Shown: piece after piece, positions 53,472 through 54,874 of the stretch
Numbering within the stretch: the stretch's first letter is position 1
How the letters are laid out: each line of letters begins with the position of its first letter
NCBI GenBank assembly: GCA_964412975.1
Contig: CAYPQX010000110.1
Span: 1 to 54,874, forward strand
Direction: 5' to 3'
Origin: an uncultured Steroidobacteraceae bacterium
Lineage (GTDB): Bacteria > Pseudomonadota > Gammaproteobacteria > Steroidobacterales > Steroidobacteraceae
DNA length: 54,874 nt
Program-made: the position numbers and the translations under genes
Notes under the pieces: model-generated
Told to the model about the DNA's origin: nothing
Seen by the model: the letters and a program-made list of their open reading frames with translations, nothing else
Databases searched by the model: none

Positions 53472-54874
53472 TCAGCGAAGGCTGAACTCCGCCGAAATCG
53501 GCAGGTGATCGGAGCCGAAGTCTTCGTGGACCCTGAAATTGTGGAGGCGCACTGGCGCCGTCGCGAGGATGTGATCTATGGGCACGCCCAGGGGCCCCAC
53601 CGAGGGCCAGGTGGGACCGACGCCGAATCCGGCACGCGCGTTGTACAGACCGCCCAGTTCCGCGAACTCGCGGTAGTGGCGATTCCACATCGTGGCATTG
53701 AGATCGCCGGCCAGCACGACCGGTCGTTTCTGATCGCGGACGTAGCGGCCAAGCGCGCTCAGCTGCGCATTGCGACGCTGCACGTGGTTCTCGTCGATAG
53801 GCGATACCGGGTGCACCAGGATGAACTCGATCTCGCCGTCGGGAATCTTCATCGTGGCCGCGAAGGCCGGCGTTCCGGAATCGCCGACGTGCAGGGTCCG
53901 TGCATTCGTCAGTGGCAGCTTGCTGTAGAGCGCGAGTCCGATGGTCGCCTCGTCCGGGATTTCGAAGTGAAACGGATAGTCGGAACGCAAAGGCCCGAGC
54001 TTACGCAGCCATCGTGAATTCACTTCGATCAGCCCGACGACGTCCGGATGTTCCTCCGCGATCAGCCGGAGGAGTTCCTTGTGCCCCCGGTTGTGGATAT
54101 AGACATTCGATACGAAGAGCTTGACGGTCCCCGCTTCGGGCGCGGGTTGTAGACCGGGGGCAGGCAAGTACCACGGCACGACAAGCGTGAGCGAGAACGC
54201 GATGCCGGCGGCTGCGACGAATGCGAAGCGCAAGTCGCGAATGATCGCGAGCACGATTGTGCAAAACAGGAAGGCCCCGGCGAAATGCACGGGGAAGTTA
54301 GAGAGGTTATCCAGGGCGAAATGCAGTTCGCCGAACTGCGAGGCAGTGAAGGCCATGCCGAGCAACGCGACCATTGTCCGCGCGAACCGCCCGATCTCGG
54401 CAGCGGACGCAGTGTCACCGAATACGCGGCGCAGGTTCGGGAGCACGACGTCGCGTCGCAGCGGCACAAAGCGGTAGAGGAATCGGCCAGCGGCTGGCAC
54501 CGCGACCTCCGCGGGCTCGGCCAGCGCCACGGCGGACGCGTAGGTTCGATCGTGCGTCAACGACAGCGCGATGCTGTGCAGCCGGTACCGGGCCAGCACC
54601 GCCTGCGCGTTCGAACTCAGCACGGCCTGAGGCGCACCGTAGTTGTCACGCACGACGGAGAAATCCGCCGGCTCGAGCTGTCCGAGCGCAGCCTCGCGCG
54701 GAAAGAGCTTGATGCAGGCTTCCTTTGCGGCGACGCGCGCGGCAAGACTTGCAGTGCGGCCTGGGCCGTCGCCGCTGTCGGCCAGTTCCTGCGCGGAAAA
54801 GAGCTTGCGGAGATCGGTGGCCGGCGTCTGCGCGAGCAGCCGTTCAATCCGCGCGATTTCGACAGTGTCGATCC
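53472..54874 (-). CDS. Composite ORF open to the window edge: AcpS-type 4'-phosphopantetheinyl transferase, then an acyltransferase N-terminal-like segment, then a TM region and an endonuclease/exonuclease/phosphatase (EEP) domain
   Basis: A single minus-strand frame runs from the right edge: GIDTVEIARIERLL...AAKEACIKLF...SLTHDRTYASAVALAE (AcpS), then RFLYRFVPLRRDVVLPNLRRVFGDTASAAEIGRF, then TM helices, then EEP motifs (LIEVN, LVHP, LAGDLNAT, DHI, GSDHLPI). The track starts the ORF at an internal GTG (54653). An alternative EEP start is ATG 54374. Confidence 0.7.
   Translation of the reverse strand, partial: IDTVEIARIERLLAQTPATDLRKLFSAQELADSGDGPGRTASLAARVAAKEACIKLFPREAALGQLEPADFSVVRDNYGAPQAVLSSNAQAVLARYRLHSIALSLTHDRTYASAVALAEPAEVAVPAAGRFLYRFVPLRRDVVLPNLRRVFGDTASAAEIGRFARTMVALLGMAFTASQFGELHFALDNLSNFPVHFAGAFLFCTIVLAIIRDLRFAFVAAAGIAFSLTLVVPWYLPAPGLQPAPEAGTVKLFVSNVYIHNRGHKELLRLIAEEHPDVVGLIEVNSRWLRKLGPLRSDYPFHFEIPDEATIGLALYSKLPLTNARTLHVGDSGTPAFAATMKIPDGEIEFILVHPVSPIDENHVQRRNAQLSALGRYVRDQKRPVVLAGDLNATMWNRHYREFAELGGLYNARAGFGVGPTWPSVGPLGVPIDHILATAPVRLHNFRVHEDFGSDHLPISAEFSLR

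Overview
This is a GC-rich proteobacterial chromosomal segment, probably Gamma- or Betaproteobacteria judging by the asd, hut and TonB-receptor protein types. It divides into five parts.

(1) 1-6624 is a sedentary-type chromosomal integron. It has an intI gene (+ strand) carrying an in-frame TGA at a conserved Trp codon, and an AT-rich attI region. It also has at least 9 minus-strand gene cassettes separated by 8 attC sites that fall into two sequence families. Three cassettes are toxin-antitoxin pairs: one is inverted, and one has a frameshifted toxin.

(2) 6.6-20.4 kb is housekeeping: an ATP-grasp gene, an HD-like gene, hutI, adenosine deaminase, a flavodoxin-like oxidoreductase, a GlyGly-CTERM lipoprotein, hutU, hutH, an M48 peptidase, asd, an MFS transporter and a radical SAM gene.

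(3) 20.5-35.5 kb is the most interesting part. It is a tightly packed, translationally coupled envelope gene block that I cannot assign to any characterised system. It encodes several lipoproteins, a Hanks-type Ser/Thr kinase with a periplasmic TPR region, and a PEGA-repeat protein with a non-catalytic FGE/SUMF1-like domain. It also encodes a MotA/TolQ/ExbB-family channel protein and an FHA-domain protein. Two paralogous proteins have an N-terminal TM helix carrying an ExbD/TolR-like Asp, followed by a coiled coil and a vWA domain. A convergent TPR-TonB_C gene closes the block.

(4) 35.5-47 kb holds a VanZ-like gene, a pseudouridine synthase, a HiPIP and a tRNA-Ile(CAU) gene split by a 253-nt group I intron. 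It also holds a TonB-dependent receptor fused through a poly-Pro/TSP3 linker to an OmpA_C domain, HD-GYP and GGDEF-EAL genes, and an elaB/yqjE-like stress operon.

(5) 47-54.9 kb holds an AP-superfamily enzyme, an alpha/beta hydrolase and a coupled secreted metzincin / Ig-repeat lipoprotein operon. It ends with an open reading frame that joins an AcpS-type PPTase, an acyltransferase N-terminal remnant and a TM-EEP domain.

I saw no rRNA genes, CRISPR arrays, transposases or prophage genes. Many long ORFs in the track are GC-driven antisense shadows.
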